A DNA stretch of 64,000 nucleotides from Giardia intestinalis (taxonomy: Eukaryota). The notes under the pieces were generated by a model that ran no database searches, had not been told where the DNA came from, and worked only from the letters and a program-made list of their open reading frames with translations. This document shows, in pieces, positions 39,481-49,577 of this stretch; position 1 is the first letter of the stretch, and every line of letters starts with the position of its first letter. The DNA is taken from NCBI GenBank assembly GCA_000002435.2, contig CM018792.1. One strand, written 5' to 3'. Both the position numbers and the translations under genes were made by a program.

Positions 39481-40452
39481 CTAGATATGATCACCTGTAA
39501 ATTCCAATGCATGCCAGTCTATAGCTGGCCCATCACCGAAGCGAGGGATAAGCTTAGATTCATCCGTAGCACGAAAGAGTGTCCAGAAGAGGTACTTCTC
39601 ATCTCGGCTCTTGCTTTGCCGAGAGTCCAAATTGACTAGCAAGTCGTTTAATGGCCACCGTGCCTCTACAATCCATCCTTTCTGCTCCATCAGAAGCATA
39701 AACTTTCTTGGCCCAGGCCCTCTGAAAATAGATATGATTTCCCAGAATACTCCACCTGGCTCCAGAAACAAATCTATAACATTTGCAAGCTCCTCCACTC
39801 CGGGCAATTGATACGTGAGCTCACTTCCTATGATCATCGGAAACTTCCCCAGCAGTGTACCCCCGGGTACTCTCCGGCGAAAGTTTCCTGGAGGAAGCTT
39901 TGTGCTGATGTCTGGCTCTAGTTCTACTGTGGGCTTCTCCGTATTGGTAGGATTGCACCAATCAAGGTAGGAGACAAACGCAGTCTTGCTAACGCGCTCG
40001 TTATGCTTTCTATAAACGGCTTTAGCATCTTCGTTATCATCAAAGAGATCTACTAGATGCTCCTCGGAGAGGTCGTTTACGTTAAGCCACAAATTGTACT
40101 CTAAATTTTCGAGGATAGAAGTACTATAGTCAGTGAGATAGATCTTTTCAGCATAGCGCGCAGCCACCAAGCCGGTAAGTCCGACCCCGCTTCCCAGCTC
40201 CAAAACCACTTTGCCAGACAAAGGCTCCGGATTTTTGACGAAGTAGCGAGACATGATTACCGCTGCATCCCAAACGCCACACCCAACCCATCCCGCAATT
40301 ACTGGTAGCTCTCTAATGAATATACAATCTGTTTGTTTCTTTGTCTCTTGATCGTATGATCCAAGGTCTATCACTTTTCTAGTATACTTCTGGGACGCTC
40401 GCGCACATTGGAGAAGAAACTGCAGCTCCGATTCTTTTGTTAGATGCTTCAT
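39481..40452 (-). CDS. family-16 (METTL21/FAM86-like) protein-lysine methyltransferase
   Basis: GCGVWDAAVIMSRYF...GKVVLELGSGVGLTGLVAA matches the Methyltransf_16 motif (G..VWDAA..L..Y....GK.VLELGSGTGL.G). Confidence 0.7.
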   Translation of the reverse strand: MKHLTKESELQFLLQCARASQKYTRKVIDLGSYDQETKKQTDCIFIRELPVIAGWVGCGVWDAAVIMSRYFVKNPEPLSGKVVLELGSGVGLTGLVAARYAEKIYLTDYSTSILENLEYNLWLNVNDLSEEHLVDLFDDNEDAKAVYRKHNERVSKTAFVSYLDWCNPTNTEKPTVELEPDISTKLPPGNFRRRVPGGTLLGKFPMIIGSELTYQLPGVEELANVIDLFLEPGGVFWEIISIFRGPGPRKFMLLMEQKGWIVEARWPLNDLLVNLDSRQSKSRDEKYLFWTLFRATDESKLIPRFGDGPAIDWHALEFTGDHI

Positions 40453-40488
40453 ATAGCAGGAAATAGTCTAATGAATCTAAAAGAGTTT

Positions 40489-42792
40489 TTACTTTCTCTT
40501 CGTTAGACCAGCCCTCTTCATAGCTCCGTTGAAGACGGCCAATGACCCACTGGGTGCTGTATTTTCTAACGTGTCGTCGAGGGTCCGCTCCTTTCCTTTT
40601 TCGGTTGTCATACAGACAGGTTTGAAGTCTGCACAATAGGCTTCATAGTTCAACAGAAGCCTTTGCCTTGCTGCAACTTCTGCTAATTTCAACTGCTCTA
40701 TCATTTCCAGGCTTTTTTCATAAGCCTCTTTCTTGGTTTGAAACTCTAGTTGAGCAGATTCCAGTTCACCTGCAAGGGCTTTGAGATTTGTCTCCTTTCC
40801 CTGATTGAGACCGGCTTCTTTGAAGTTCAGAATATTGCTCACTTCCTTGTCAGTGTTATCTATTTGCTTATACTCATCAACTGCCACCTGCATCCTGTTT
40901 TGTAGCGACTTCATCGTGGACTTCAGCTCATTAAGCTCTTGATAAGCCTTTATGGCGTCTTGTTTCTTTGTGTTTAAAGTCGTCTTAGCATCAAGAACCT
41001 TCTTCGATAAATCTAGACCCACCCCTGCTGAGATGTACTCTTGAAACTTCTTATCTGCTAAGTCTTCAACCACATCCTCTGGTTCTGCCTGAGGCTGATC
41101 TCCTTGTATTGCTGCAAAAGGAGCAGGTGCTCCTGTAGTGGACACTAGAGTGGTGTTCAAACCACCCTTCCAAGTGTTTAAATTGGCCAACGTTCGAGCA
41201 ATCATTTCTGCATCAGCCTCTCCAATTGACATCACAACCGATTCGTCGACAGTTCCATGAAGCTTTGCGCTCTGTTCTGTCTTTGCTGGTGTATCAGCTG
41301 ATCCCCGAGTCTTTTTGGTCTGTGCAAGATCTGCCGCAGAGGTATGCTGTAAAGAAGAGCCGTCTGATCCCGATGCGTTGAGTAAAGATACTGTATGTAC
41401 AGGCTTTCCAGATGCGACACAGTCACGTAAGTATGTTAAGCAAAAGATATAGTCATCCCTAGAGGAAATGTCTGATGGCACTTTTGCACGTCCATCAATC
41501 CATTCGTCCATAACTTGCTTGAGCTTGTGCTGCCCTTCTTCTGTACTAGAAAGGCTTTTAGACCCACTGGATAGGAGGAGGTTCTCGGTTTTCAGACTTT
41601 TGTTTTCAATCTCCAATTCTGATATTATTTTAGACAATACAGGGCCAAAATTCGATGTGTTCTTCACATCAGATGATTTTGCATCAAGGGCTTCTGCCAC
41701 AGCTGTAGCTATGATACTGTTGAGGTCTCGTTGATTTAGTACTGTACTTGTCGTTTGATTGGGTAAGCTATCATAGTATCTATTAAGTAGATTGATACTA
41801 GAAGTATTCTTAATAAAGGAGGCTCGCTGGGCAAAACGCAGAGTACTGATGGTATCTAAGAGGAATTCTGGTTCCGGGCGAATACAGGCCAGCAAATAGG
41901 TCTTGCAATTACCACCAATAGAATCCTTCAATATATGGGTTAATTTGGAGGTTCTATACGGAACATGCGCAGCGTTTTGATTGAGACAGTTGACAACTTG
42001 CTCTAGAAACGTGAGGCTTTTGTTGATGAAATTTCCCGTTGCATCCACAGAGATAGACGCACTAGCTCTTTCGGAACCAGCCAAGTCGACCACGTTGAGC
42101 TTGGTTACCATGGTTGGTGCTGTCTCATCGACACGGCTGCGCTGCTTAAGATATATAGTATAGATACAGTGGGCTCTAGATGATTGCATATTAAGGGATG
42201 ACTCTGCGATCGAGCGAACATTTTCAGCTCCAAAGACAAGCTCAAGGGCGGCATCGAATGTTTCTGCAGAGTGAATGGACAGGTTTTTAATGCTGATTGA
42301 TTGTCCATTGGCACCATCTATATCAGAAATAGAGAGGTGCTTAGTGCTATCGTTTGACAAAAGATCTATTAATCGCTCGTTGTATATTTCTAACGCAGAA
42401 AACTGAAGATCAAAGGTGAAGCCATGACGTGCATTGATCTGTTGAAACATGAACTCGAGAATGCGTGGGAGAAGTCCTCGATTTTTGTATGTGAACGAAT
42501 GATCACCAATGGACGAAAAGGACTTTCCTGCGCTGGTTTGACCGTATGCAAAAATAGTCGAGTTATAACCATCAAGAGCATTCCCTACAGCTGGCTTTCC
42601 AACCGAATCAAATATCTCTTCCTGTGATGCGCTGTGGAAGATGTAATTAAAGGTAAAGTTGAGAGTACTAGCGCCAGGGAGAACTGTATTCCTAACTATC
42701 ATTTGCGTCTTATTCGGGTCCAGAATAATATCAGATGAAACTCGTGGCGTTGGTCGCATACGAACAAAAACGGTTATTGGAGTCTGAGTCAT
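40489..42792 (-). CDS. kinesin-like motor protein
   Basis: N-terminal motor: VFVRMRP. P-loop GQTSAGKSFS. Switch I NSSRAHCIY. Switch II VDLAGSERAS. Coiled-coil C-terminal half. Confidence 0.9.
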   Translation of the reverse strand: MTQTPITVFVRMRPTPRVSSDIILDPNKTQMIVRNTVLPGASTLNFTFNYIFHSASQEEIFDSVGKPAVGNALDGYNSTIFAYGQTSAGKSFSSIGDHSFTYKNRGLLPRILEFMFQQINARHGFTFDLQFSALEIYNERLIDLLSNDSTKHLSISDIDGANGQSISIKNLSIHSAETFDAALELVFGAENVRSIAESSLNMQSSRAHCIYTIYLKQRSRVDETAPTMVTKLNVVDLAGSERASASISVDATGNFINKSLTFLEQVVNCLNQNAAHVPYRTSKLTHILKDSIGGNCKTYLLACIRPEPEFLLDTISTLRFAQRASFIKNTSSINLLNRYYDSLPNQTTSTVLNQRDLNSIIATAVAEALDAKSSDVKNTSNFGPVLSKIISELEIENKSLKTENLLLSSGSKSLSSTEEGQHKLKQVMDEWIDGRAKVPSDISSRDDYIFCLTYLRDCVASGKPVHTVSLLNASGSDGSSLQHTSAADLAQTKKTRGSADTPAKTEQSAKLHGTVDESVVMSIGEADAEMIARTLANLNTWKGGLNTTLVSTTGAPAPFAAIQGDQPQAEPEDVVEDLADKKFQEYISAGVGLDLSKKVLDAKTTLNTKKQDAIKAYQELNELKSTMKSLQNRMQVAVDEYKQIDNTDKEVSNILNFKEAGLNQGKETNLKALAGELESAQLEFQTKKEAYEKSLEMIEQLKLAEVAARQRLLLNYEAYCADFKPVCMTTEKGKERTLDDTLENTAPSGSLAVFNGAMKRAGLTKRK

Positions 42793-42843
42793 CTCAGCAA
42801 CCCGCTTTGAAAGAGAGAGCGAGCTTTAAATTTTTGAATCTTT

Positions 42844-43962
42844 ATGAGTGTTCAGACTACAGAGGATTGGTTCGAGCTTCTTGCTACCGGAGATATCATC
42901 AGTATAATGTGCTACTTGCCGACCTTCGCTAGGACACCCAATAGGAACGGAGAGACAGGGCTTATGATGGCTGTGCGCCGGTCAGATACCCAGCTAATCA
43001 GATTGTTGAGTGAGTTCGAGTCGCGTATACGAAGCCGAGACGGACAAACAGCACTAACAATTGCAATAATGCTTTCCAAGATTGAGGCCGTGGAGATCTT
43101 GGTTGAACGTGAAATAGACATTCCAACAAAACAAGGGAATTACCCTCGCATGGTAGCTTGCAGATATAATGACACCCGCATTTTGCGTCTTCTTCTGGAT
43201 AGCAAGACGGTGTATCAGGGTGCTAACGGACGAACAGCTCTTATGATATGTGCACAGCTGGGAAATCTGGATGGAGCGCGTTTGCTGGTTAATAGCGAGG
43301 CTGCTAAGCAATCAGATAGAGGATTCACTGCATCGATGTATGCGAGTTTCTACAATCACGAAGATATTGTTAAGCTTCTTCTGCCCTTTGAAGAAAAAAA
43401 GCAAGCACACGGCGGCATTACATCTCTGATGATTGCTGCACGACAACGGAATAGACAAATTGTGAAGCTGCTGGCTCAGCAAGAGTCTGGACTAACATCA
43501 TATACTGGCAACACGGCTTTGATGCTAGCCTCGGAGCAGGGATATGAAGATATAGCAGAGTTGTTAATAGAGTTTGAAGCTGGACAGGCGAATACTGAGG
43601 GGGTAACGGCGTTGATGTTTGCCGTTCGGACCCATTGTTCAAAGTTGGTCAGAGCTCTGATTTCTAAAGAGGCAGGAATGCAAACGCGCAAGGGGATCAC
43701 CGCATTAATGGTTGCTGCTCAACACAATAATGTCGATTTTGTAAGCCTCTTAATTCCTTACGAGGCTCGAATGATAGACAGAGAGGGCAGAACAGCATTA
43801 ATGCGTGGCGCCAGACGAGGGTCTCTAGAAGCATGCGCATTGCTCCTGGAGCTGGAGAGCATGATCTTAGATGGTGCAGGAAGATCCTTCCATGATTATG
43901 TTCAGGCTGGTAAGCAAGCCCGTGACGACAATTTGCAGCTATCAGGTTTGCAGCATGCATAG
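42844..43962 (+). CDS. ankyrin-repeat protein (Giardia protein 21.1 type)
   Basis: About 10 consecutive 33-aa ankyrin repeats (G.TALM.AA..G....V..LL). Confidence 0.85.
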   Translation: MSVQTTEDWFELLATGDIISIMCYLPTFARTPNRNGETGLMMAVRRSDTQLIRLLSEFESRIRSRDGQTALTIAIMLSKIEAVEILVEREIDIPTKQGNYPRMVACRYNDTRILRLLLDSKTVYQGANGRTALMICAQLGNLDGARLLVNSEAAKQSDRGFTASMYASFYNHEDIVKLLLPFEEKKQAHGGITSLMIAARQRNRQIVKLLAQQESGLTSYTGNTALMLASEQGYEDIAELLIEFEAGQANTEGVTALMFAVRTHCSKLVRALISKEAGMQTRKGITALMVAAQHNNVDFVSLLIPYEARMIDREGRTALMRGARRGSLEACALLLELESMILDGAGRSFHDYVQAGKQARDDNLQLSGLQHA

Positions 43963-43983
43963 CTACCTAAATATAATTTATGT

Positions 43984-46900
43984 TTACTTGTGCTGATTAT
44001 GTTGGGTTGTCTGCGTATTTAAAAAGTCTCTATACCCTTTACCGTCTACCGTCTTAATATCCCGTTCATATGGAAGAAGAATGTTCATACAATCTTCATA
44101 GCCTCGCGCTGCTGCTAACATGAGGGCTGTCTTTCCATCTGTTCTTGTGAGGCCCGCTTCTACATCGACGAGCAGCTTCACACATTCAACGCGACCATAT
44201 GCAGCCGCTCGTATGAGTGCAGTTTCTCCGTCGCTCCTCTGTAGCTTGCCATAGTGAGGTAGCAGGGCCTTCACAATCTCTGTTTGCCCATATTGTGCCG
44301 CAATTGGAAGTGCAGTGGCACCGTCTCGGAACCGCATGTTCTTCTCTTTGGGGAGAAGCACATTTAAAATATCAAGATACCCTCGCTGGGATGCTATGGC
44401 CAGAGCAAACCACCCCTTGCTATCTGTCATGTTGCCTTCTAAGTCTACCAATACTTTCACAACATCCAAATACCCGGCGCGAGTGGCCAAAATAAGAGCC
44501 GTCGCTCCATTCTGCCAACCGTCGCCAATCATCTGCATGCGGGCCTCAGTCAAAAGAAGTCTTGCTGCCTCCAGATGGCCATGCTCGGCCGCTACCATAA
44601 GAGCCGTTTTCCCAAGCCTATTAGTAAATCTTAATAAGTGAGTGCAAGAGTTAATCTCTGCCACATTTCCTGTTGCAGCAGCAATCATCAGCTGAGTGTC
44701 TCCACTCCGATCACGGGCCACTTTCTCAATGCCGTGTAGCAACTTATAGGCTGAACTCCGTCCATTCTCCCGTGCAAGCTTATAGGCAATCCCGCCGTCA
44801 ACTCTCATCATTCCTCTCTCGTAGGGAATGAGTATTTGAACGATGTCAGCATACCCCGCCTTTGCTGCAATCATCAAGGCGGTAGTACCGTCCGCATTAC
44901 GACACCCGGCTTGATATAGTAAGGAGCATACTTTTCCGACGTTTCCATCTTCGGCAGCAGACATAAGCTGAGTGTGATGGTGCCCAGAAGGCATAGGTAC
45001 CTTTTTTGCCGCCTCAAATTCTGTTAGATATGAAACAACGTGGTCGTTCCTCTTCAATATTGCGAAGGCCAAAGCAGTGTATGTCTTATATTGCATATTT
45101 GCCTCTTTTGGAGCAAGGAGCTTGCAGATTTCAAGGTTTCCGCTTTCTGCTGCATACATGAGTGCGGTCTTTCCACAATTGTCAGGAATACCAGCCAAAT
45201 CCAAACACGCCTTAGCCTCAGCAACGTTGCCCGCTATGGTCGCTTCGATCAGTGGCGTCTTTATGCTGGCAAGAAGATCAAGGTTGTGCTGTACACCATT
45301 GAACGAGTTGTTGGAGATTAAACCAACAGTACTTGCGGTCACAGCGCTAGTAGTAAGTTGTTCTGCAGCAATAACCCCTGCCATAGGATTAGAACCAGAA
45401 TTCAACGCAGAGTATGTCAGAGCGTCGTGGCCAGCCGCGATCTTATCGTCTCCAAGACGACTCGCTGCAAGGCTGCTAGCAACCGTGCTTGTACTAGTTC
45501 TGAGGCTACTCCCGCCCTGGCTAAGCGCAGGAGACGGTTCTGGCGACCGCGCATTCGGACGTATCGGCTTAGATAACGGCTCAGAACTCTCAACAGCGTC
45601 TTCTGCAACTTGGGTAACACGACCAAGCCGACTGCTAATCTGTGTATTCTTCTTATTCCGCTTTTCTATTATTAAACCTGTTCCAATCCCGGAATCGTCA
45701 TCCAGAAGAAATGACATAGACCCAGGGACCTGAAGATCGCTTGTGGACAGAAGGCTCTGCTTTCCCTCTTTGACTGCGATAAGCCGAGCAAGAAATACAA
45801 AGTTGTTATCCATGGCTATATCAAAGGCGGTCTTTCCTTGAGGTGTGAGACAGCCGGCTTCTTTTGGCAAAAGAATTTGGGCGGCATCAGTGAGGTTCGC
45901 AGCAGCGGCAAGATGTAGTGCGGTGAGGCCTTTTGCAGTAAGTAGCTTAGCCTCATTTTTAACAAGAGATGGTAGAATATCTAGACTATTATTCATGGTG
46001 GCTATATGAATAGCACCATACCCTTCATTATTTATTATTTTTGACTCGGCATCAATCAACATGCGGCCAATCTCAAAATAGTTGGTTCGTGCACAGATCA
46101 TAAGAGCAGTATACCCCTTTGACGTCTTTCTTCGAGCCTCTTTGGGCTTTAAGGTCCATGCAGAGACAATGTCGTTAGATGCACAGGCACGCATCATATC
46201 GGTCAAGCCTTCACCGTATAATGGTACCAGCACAGAGTCCGGCTCCCACATTCTCCTGATGGATTCAGTCAAGCCCTTGTTGCCCATCTCATCCTTGAGG
46301 ATACTAGCAACATCCCAGTTTGCATTCTGAAGAGCTATTTTCAAAGCCGTAGTTCCATCAGGCATGGTGAGACCACCCTCGTAAGGAAGAAGAGTACTAG
46401 CGATATGACAATGGCCATTCTCTGCTGCCAGCATCAGCGCCGTCTTCCCTTCACGATTCCGCTGTTTGCACAAGCTTAAACAACCTAGGCAGCCTTGTAT
46501 GTTACCCTTGATGGCATAATGCATAAGATCAGTATAGTCTAGCATACAGAAAGATGAGCCTGCCTTTTCCGCCGAGGGGCTATGCTTGATTATCAGAGCG
46601 TGCTCGAGAAGCTCTCCAGCAGACGGCCGCCTCTGTGGGTCCTTAATTAGCATCATACCAATGGCGTCGCACAGATCCTGACTATAGTCAGGGAGCGATA
46701 TCTTGTTGGAAAACTCACGGTGCTGCTTTAGAACCATAACTGGCTCTCCAACAAACGTCCGGTTTCGTGTGCAGAGCTCAAGAATGGTGAGCCCTAGCGC
46801 CCAGATGTCGCTTTTTATTGAAAACGGCTTATCGTTTAAAACTTCAGGAGCTAAGTAAGACGGAGTGCCCATTGTGGTGTTGGTGGTCATAAAGCTGGCA

Positions 46901-47418
46901 GATTCCCGACTTATCCCGAAATCCATGACCTTTATCACGTCGTCGTTGCCAATAAGAATATTCTGCGGTTTAATATCACGATGAATGATTATACCGATAG
47001 GCACATTCCCCCCTTTCTTTGGAGAATGTAGATATGCAAGAGCACTGAGTGATTGCCGTAAATAGAACCATACCGTATCCTCAGGGATAGGTGTCTTTTT
47101 CTTCCGACTCTCCCTGATCAATTTGCTTAGGTCTCCGCGTTCATAAAAGTCCATTACAATGTAAAGAATCTCGTTTTCTGTATCGTCGAAGAATTCGATG
47201 GGCTTGAGAATATTATCATGCGCAAGCTTTAGCATCAGGTGCACTTCATTTTTGACCTTCTTCACGGCGTCGGCAGGGACTCCTGCGTAATCCACTTCCT
47301 TGACAGCATAGATGATACCCGTTGTGTTCTCCTTACACTTGAACACTTTGCCAAAGCCGCCGCATTCTATCATTATCAGCTTTTCATAGATATCCTCGAA
47401 GCTCTTAGTCACAGCCAT
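43984..47418 (-). CDS. NEK-family Ser/Thr protein kinase with long C-terminal ankyrin-repeat region
   Basis: Kinase subdomains IECGGFGKVFKC, AVKEV, HRDIKPQNILI, DFGIS, GTPSYLAPE. Followed by about 25 ankyrin repeats. This architecture is characteristic of the Giardia NEK expansion. Confidence 0.9.
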   Translation of the reverse strand: MAVTKSFEDIYEKLIMIECGGFGKVFKCKENTTGIIYAVKEVDYAGVPADAVKKVKNEVHLMLKLAHDNILKPIEFFDDTENEILYIVMDFYERGDLSKLIRESRKKKTPIPEDTVWFYLRQSLSALAYLHSPKKGGNVPIGIIIHRDIKPQNILIGNDDVIKVMDFGISRESASFMTTNTTMGTPSYLAPEVLNDKPFSIKSDIWALGLTILELCTRNRTFVGEPVMVLKQHREFSNKISLPDYSQDLCDAIGMMLIKDPQRRPSAGELLEHALIIKHSPSAEKAGSSFCMLDYTDLMHYAIKGNIQGCLGCLSLCKQRNREGKTALMLAAENGHCHIASTLLPYEGGLTMPDGTTALKIALQNANWDVASILKDEMGNKGLTESIRRMWEPDSVLVPLYGEGLTDMMRACASNDIVSAWTLKPKEARRKTSKGYTALMICARTNYFEIGRMLIDAESKIINNEGYGAIHIATMNNSLDILPSLVKNEAKLLTAKGLTALHLAAAANLTDAAQILLPKEAGCLTPQGKTAFDIAMDNNFVFLARLIAVKEGKQSLLSTSDLQVPGSMSFLLDDDSGIGTGLIIEKRNKKNTQISSRLGRVTQVAEDAVESSEPLSKPIRPNARSPEPSPALSQGGSSLRTSTSTVASSLAASRLGDDKIAAGHDALTYSALNSGSNPMAGVIAAEQLTTSAVTASTVGLISNNSFNGVQHNLDLLASIKTPLIEATIAGNVAEAKACLDLAGIPDNCGKTALMYAAESGNLEICKLLAPKEANMQYKTYTALAFAILKRNDHVVSYLTEFEAAKKVPMPSGHHHTQLMSAAEDGNVGKVCSLLYQAGCRNADGTTALMIAAKAGYADIVQILIPYERGMMRVDGGIAYKLARENGRSSAYKLLHGIEKVARDRSGDTQLMIAAATGNVAEINSCTHLLRFTNRLGKTALMVAAEHGHLEAARLLLTEARMQMIGDGWQNGATALILATRAGYLDVVKVLVDLEGNMTDSKGWFALAIASQRGYLDILNVLLPKEKNMRFRDGATALPIAAQYGQTEIVKALLPHYGKLQRSDGETALIRAAAYGRVECVKLLVDVEAGLTRTDGKTALMLAAARGYEDCMNILLPYERDIKTVDGKGYRDFLNTQTTQHNQHK

Positions 47419-47571
47419 CCTCGGACAGTGTTTTTTGAGTTTTTAAATAAAAAGCTAAGTCAAAGCTAGTTTAAAAGTCGTTTCACCTTTTCAATTATTT
47501 AATGTTTTAATGCAATCTCTCCAGATCAACTTTATCAAAATTTCAGCCAGAATTTGGGGAGAAAAGTATAA

Positions 47572-48183
47572 ATGGCTACCCAGACCAAGAATGCGATTAC
47601 CTTGCGCGGCTCCACAGCAATTGTGACGGAGTACTTTGCATATTCTATTAACTCCATCCTATATTTGCGGGGGATTTATGGCCAGGACAGCTTCATGTCT
47701 CAGCAGAAGTACGGCCTCCCCCTCATGGTGGCCAAGGACCCAGCGCTTAGTAAGTACCTTGGAGAGGTTCTTCAGCGCGTAGCTGAGTGGCTTATGTCCG
47801 GTAAGGTGCAGAAGCTCGTCATGGTTCTTCTTCCGATAGGCGGGAGTGAGCCCATTGAGAAATGGGAATTTAATGTTGAAAATGAGGGTGTCCAGGCAGG
47901 TGCAACGTCGTCCAAGCCAGAAGCTGACGTCCAGCGCGAGATTCAGGCCATTCTCCGCCAGATAAATGCCTCCGTTTCCTTCCTCCCGGTGATCAGCGAC
48001 CCAGTCACGTTTGACATTATGATATATACCGACGCTGCAGTGCCTACACCTGCTGAGTGGGAGGAGTGCCCCGGACGCGACCATGTCCACAACGCTGTGG
48101 AGGTCAAGTTTAGAGACTTCAGCACTAAGATCCACAAGGTGGACACGGCTGTCATTTACAAGTCTGGAGAGGAAGCGCTGTAA
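47572..48183 (+). CDS. MAD2: MAD2 spindle-assembly checkpoint protein (HORMA domain)
   Basis: ITLRGSTAIVTEYFAYSINSILYLRGIYGQDSF...QKYGLPLMV...KVQKLVMVLL...IEKWEFNVE...IHKVDTAVIYK is collinear with human MAD2 ([33 protein letters not shown]...QKYGLTLLV...VQKLVVVI...LERWQFDIE...IHKVNSMVAYK). Confidence 0.9.
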   Translation: MATQTKNAITLRGSTAIVTEYFAYSINSILYLRGIYGQDSFMSQQKYGLPLMVAKDPALSKYLGEVLQRVAEWLMSGKVQKLVMVLLPIGGSEPIEKWEFNVENEGVQAGATSSKPEADVQREIQAILRQINASVSFLPVISDPVTFDIMIYTDAAVPTPAEWEECPGRDHVHNAVEVKFRDFSTKIHKVDTAVIYKSGEEAL

Positions 48184-48192
48184 GATGCGCCT

Positions 48193-48918
48193 TCACCCTG
48201 AAGGTAAACCGGGCTTTGTGATTGTTTGGTAATAAACGTATTGCCTCCATTCGAGTGGGTACTCTGAGAATTGCTTATCGTCTTCAGGAAACATCCGATC
48301 GGTAAAAACAGCAGGCTGCTGAGTGACTACAAGGCCTGCGGCAGCACAAACTGAAAAGAACCGTAAGTCTCTGTCGCGCCGCGTCGGAACGTGATGAGAA
48401 TACAGTACGTGGCAGAGCCCATCATCTGCAAGATAGTTCTGTATCATTGCAGCCAACGCATTGTGCTCTCTGTGGTTAAAAATCAGATCTGCCATGAAGA
48501 TGTGATGAAATGTCTGCTTTAATGTGTTTTTATCTGACCACAAAAGTCCTTGCACATCCACCTTATTGTCAACTCCATTCGTTTGGACGTTGTACACAAT
48601 ATTTTGCAGTATATCCTCCTCAGGATAATCTGTACAGAGCACATATGAGGCCCCAGATAACGCTGCCACTATAGACGGGAGAGACGCTCCCGCGCCCAAC
48701 TCTAAAACCCTCTTCCCACTGACGTCTATCTCCTTCTTATATATCTTATCTGCTAGGACTTTGGATGCGTTCCACAACTTATGTCCCCAAAGGGAGTGCT
48801 CTCCGACCAATTTTAATTGAACAGCTCGGCCGTTTGGCAATAGATACTCTTCAAAAGCTTCTTTGCGCTCGTCTTCACTGGGGTCGCCAAATAGAAGATC
48901 AAGCATGAAAAAAGTCAA
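48193..48918 (-). CDS. family-16 methyltransferase, EFM7/NNT1-like
   Basis: LWGHKLWNASKVLA...GKRVLELGAGASLPSIVAAL...LCTDYPE matches the NNT1/EFM7 pattern including the TDYP(D/E) motif. Confidence 0.7.
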   Translation of the reverse strand: MTFFMLDLLFGDPSEDERKEAFEEYLLPNGRAVQLKLVGEHSLWGHKLWNASKVLADKIYKKEIDVSGKRVLELGAGASLPSIVAALSGASYVLCTDYPEEDILQNIVYNVQTNGVDNKVDVQGLLWSDKNTLKQTFHHIFMADLIFNHREHNALAAMIQNYLADDGLCHVLYSHHVPTRRDRDLRFFSVCAAAGLVVTQQPAVFTDRMFPEDDKQFSEYPLEWRQYVYYQTITKPGLPSG

Positions 48919-48964
48919 ACTTTTAAAATTTGGTTAGCCGCTAGGCGCTCACGCTCTAGAGCTA

Positions 48965-49429
48965 ATGCGTAGCAGTGAACAGGTTCATCTGAAGATGTTC
49001 CAGCTGATTGATACGAACAAAACAGGGTATATTTCTGTTGATGAGTTCATCCATGCGCTGCACTCGCGAGGAATCATAGTCGATCGCGCCAACATCCAAG
49101 CACTCTTCAGACTTATTTGTAATAGGCCTGAGCCCGAGCTAAACGTTGAAATGTTCATCCATTTAATGTACATCTTTGAGATGGCTGACACCACAGATCC
49201 CAGAGCTATACTTTTCAGAGCGGCAGATATAAACCACACTGGAAAGATCAACCCCCAAGAATTTTATAAAATCCTGCGTAAGCTGAGCTTTGAGGTGGAC
49301 AAGCATGCAATCGACGTCCTTTTTAGTCACATCGCGCAAGCAGACGGGGAAATAGACTACGATGTATTTTCGCAGATCATTGACCGCCTTTACTTGGAGA
49401 CTCAGACGAGGCATGCGCAGCAGGCATGA
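48965..49429 (+). CDS. EF-hand calcium-binding protein (154 aa)
   Basis: Canonical loops DTNKTGYISVDEF and DINHTGKINPQEF, plus a third degenerate loop DGEIDYDVF. Confidence 0.7.
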   Translation: MRSSEQVHLKMFQLIDTNKTGYISVDEFIHALHSRGIIVDRANIQALFRLICNRPEPELNVEMFIHLMYIFEMADTTDPRAILFRAADINHTGKINPQEFYKILRKLSFEVDKHAIDVLFSHIAQADGEIDYDVFSQIIDRLYLETQTRHAQQA

Positions 49430-49577
49430 TACGGTGAGGAGCCTTTTTGTCTTCCTCACAATCACTTTTCTATTTCGCGCTATATTGTAGCGTGCTGTAG
49501 TCTTTCATTTGTGATCATAATAGATTCCTGAGAGATTAAATCGATCAATATTTAAAAAATAAAAAATAAAGCCTAGC

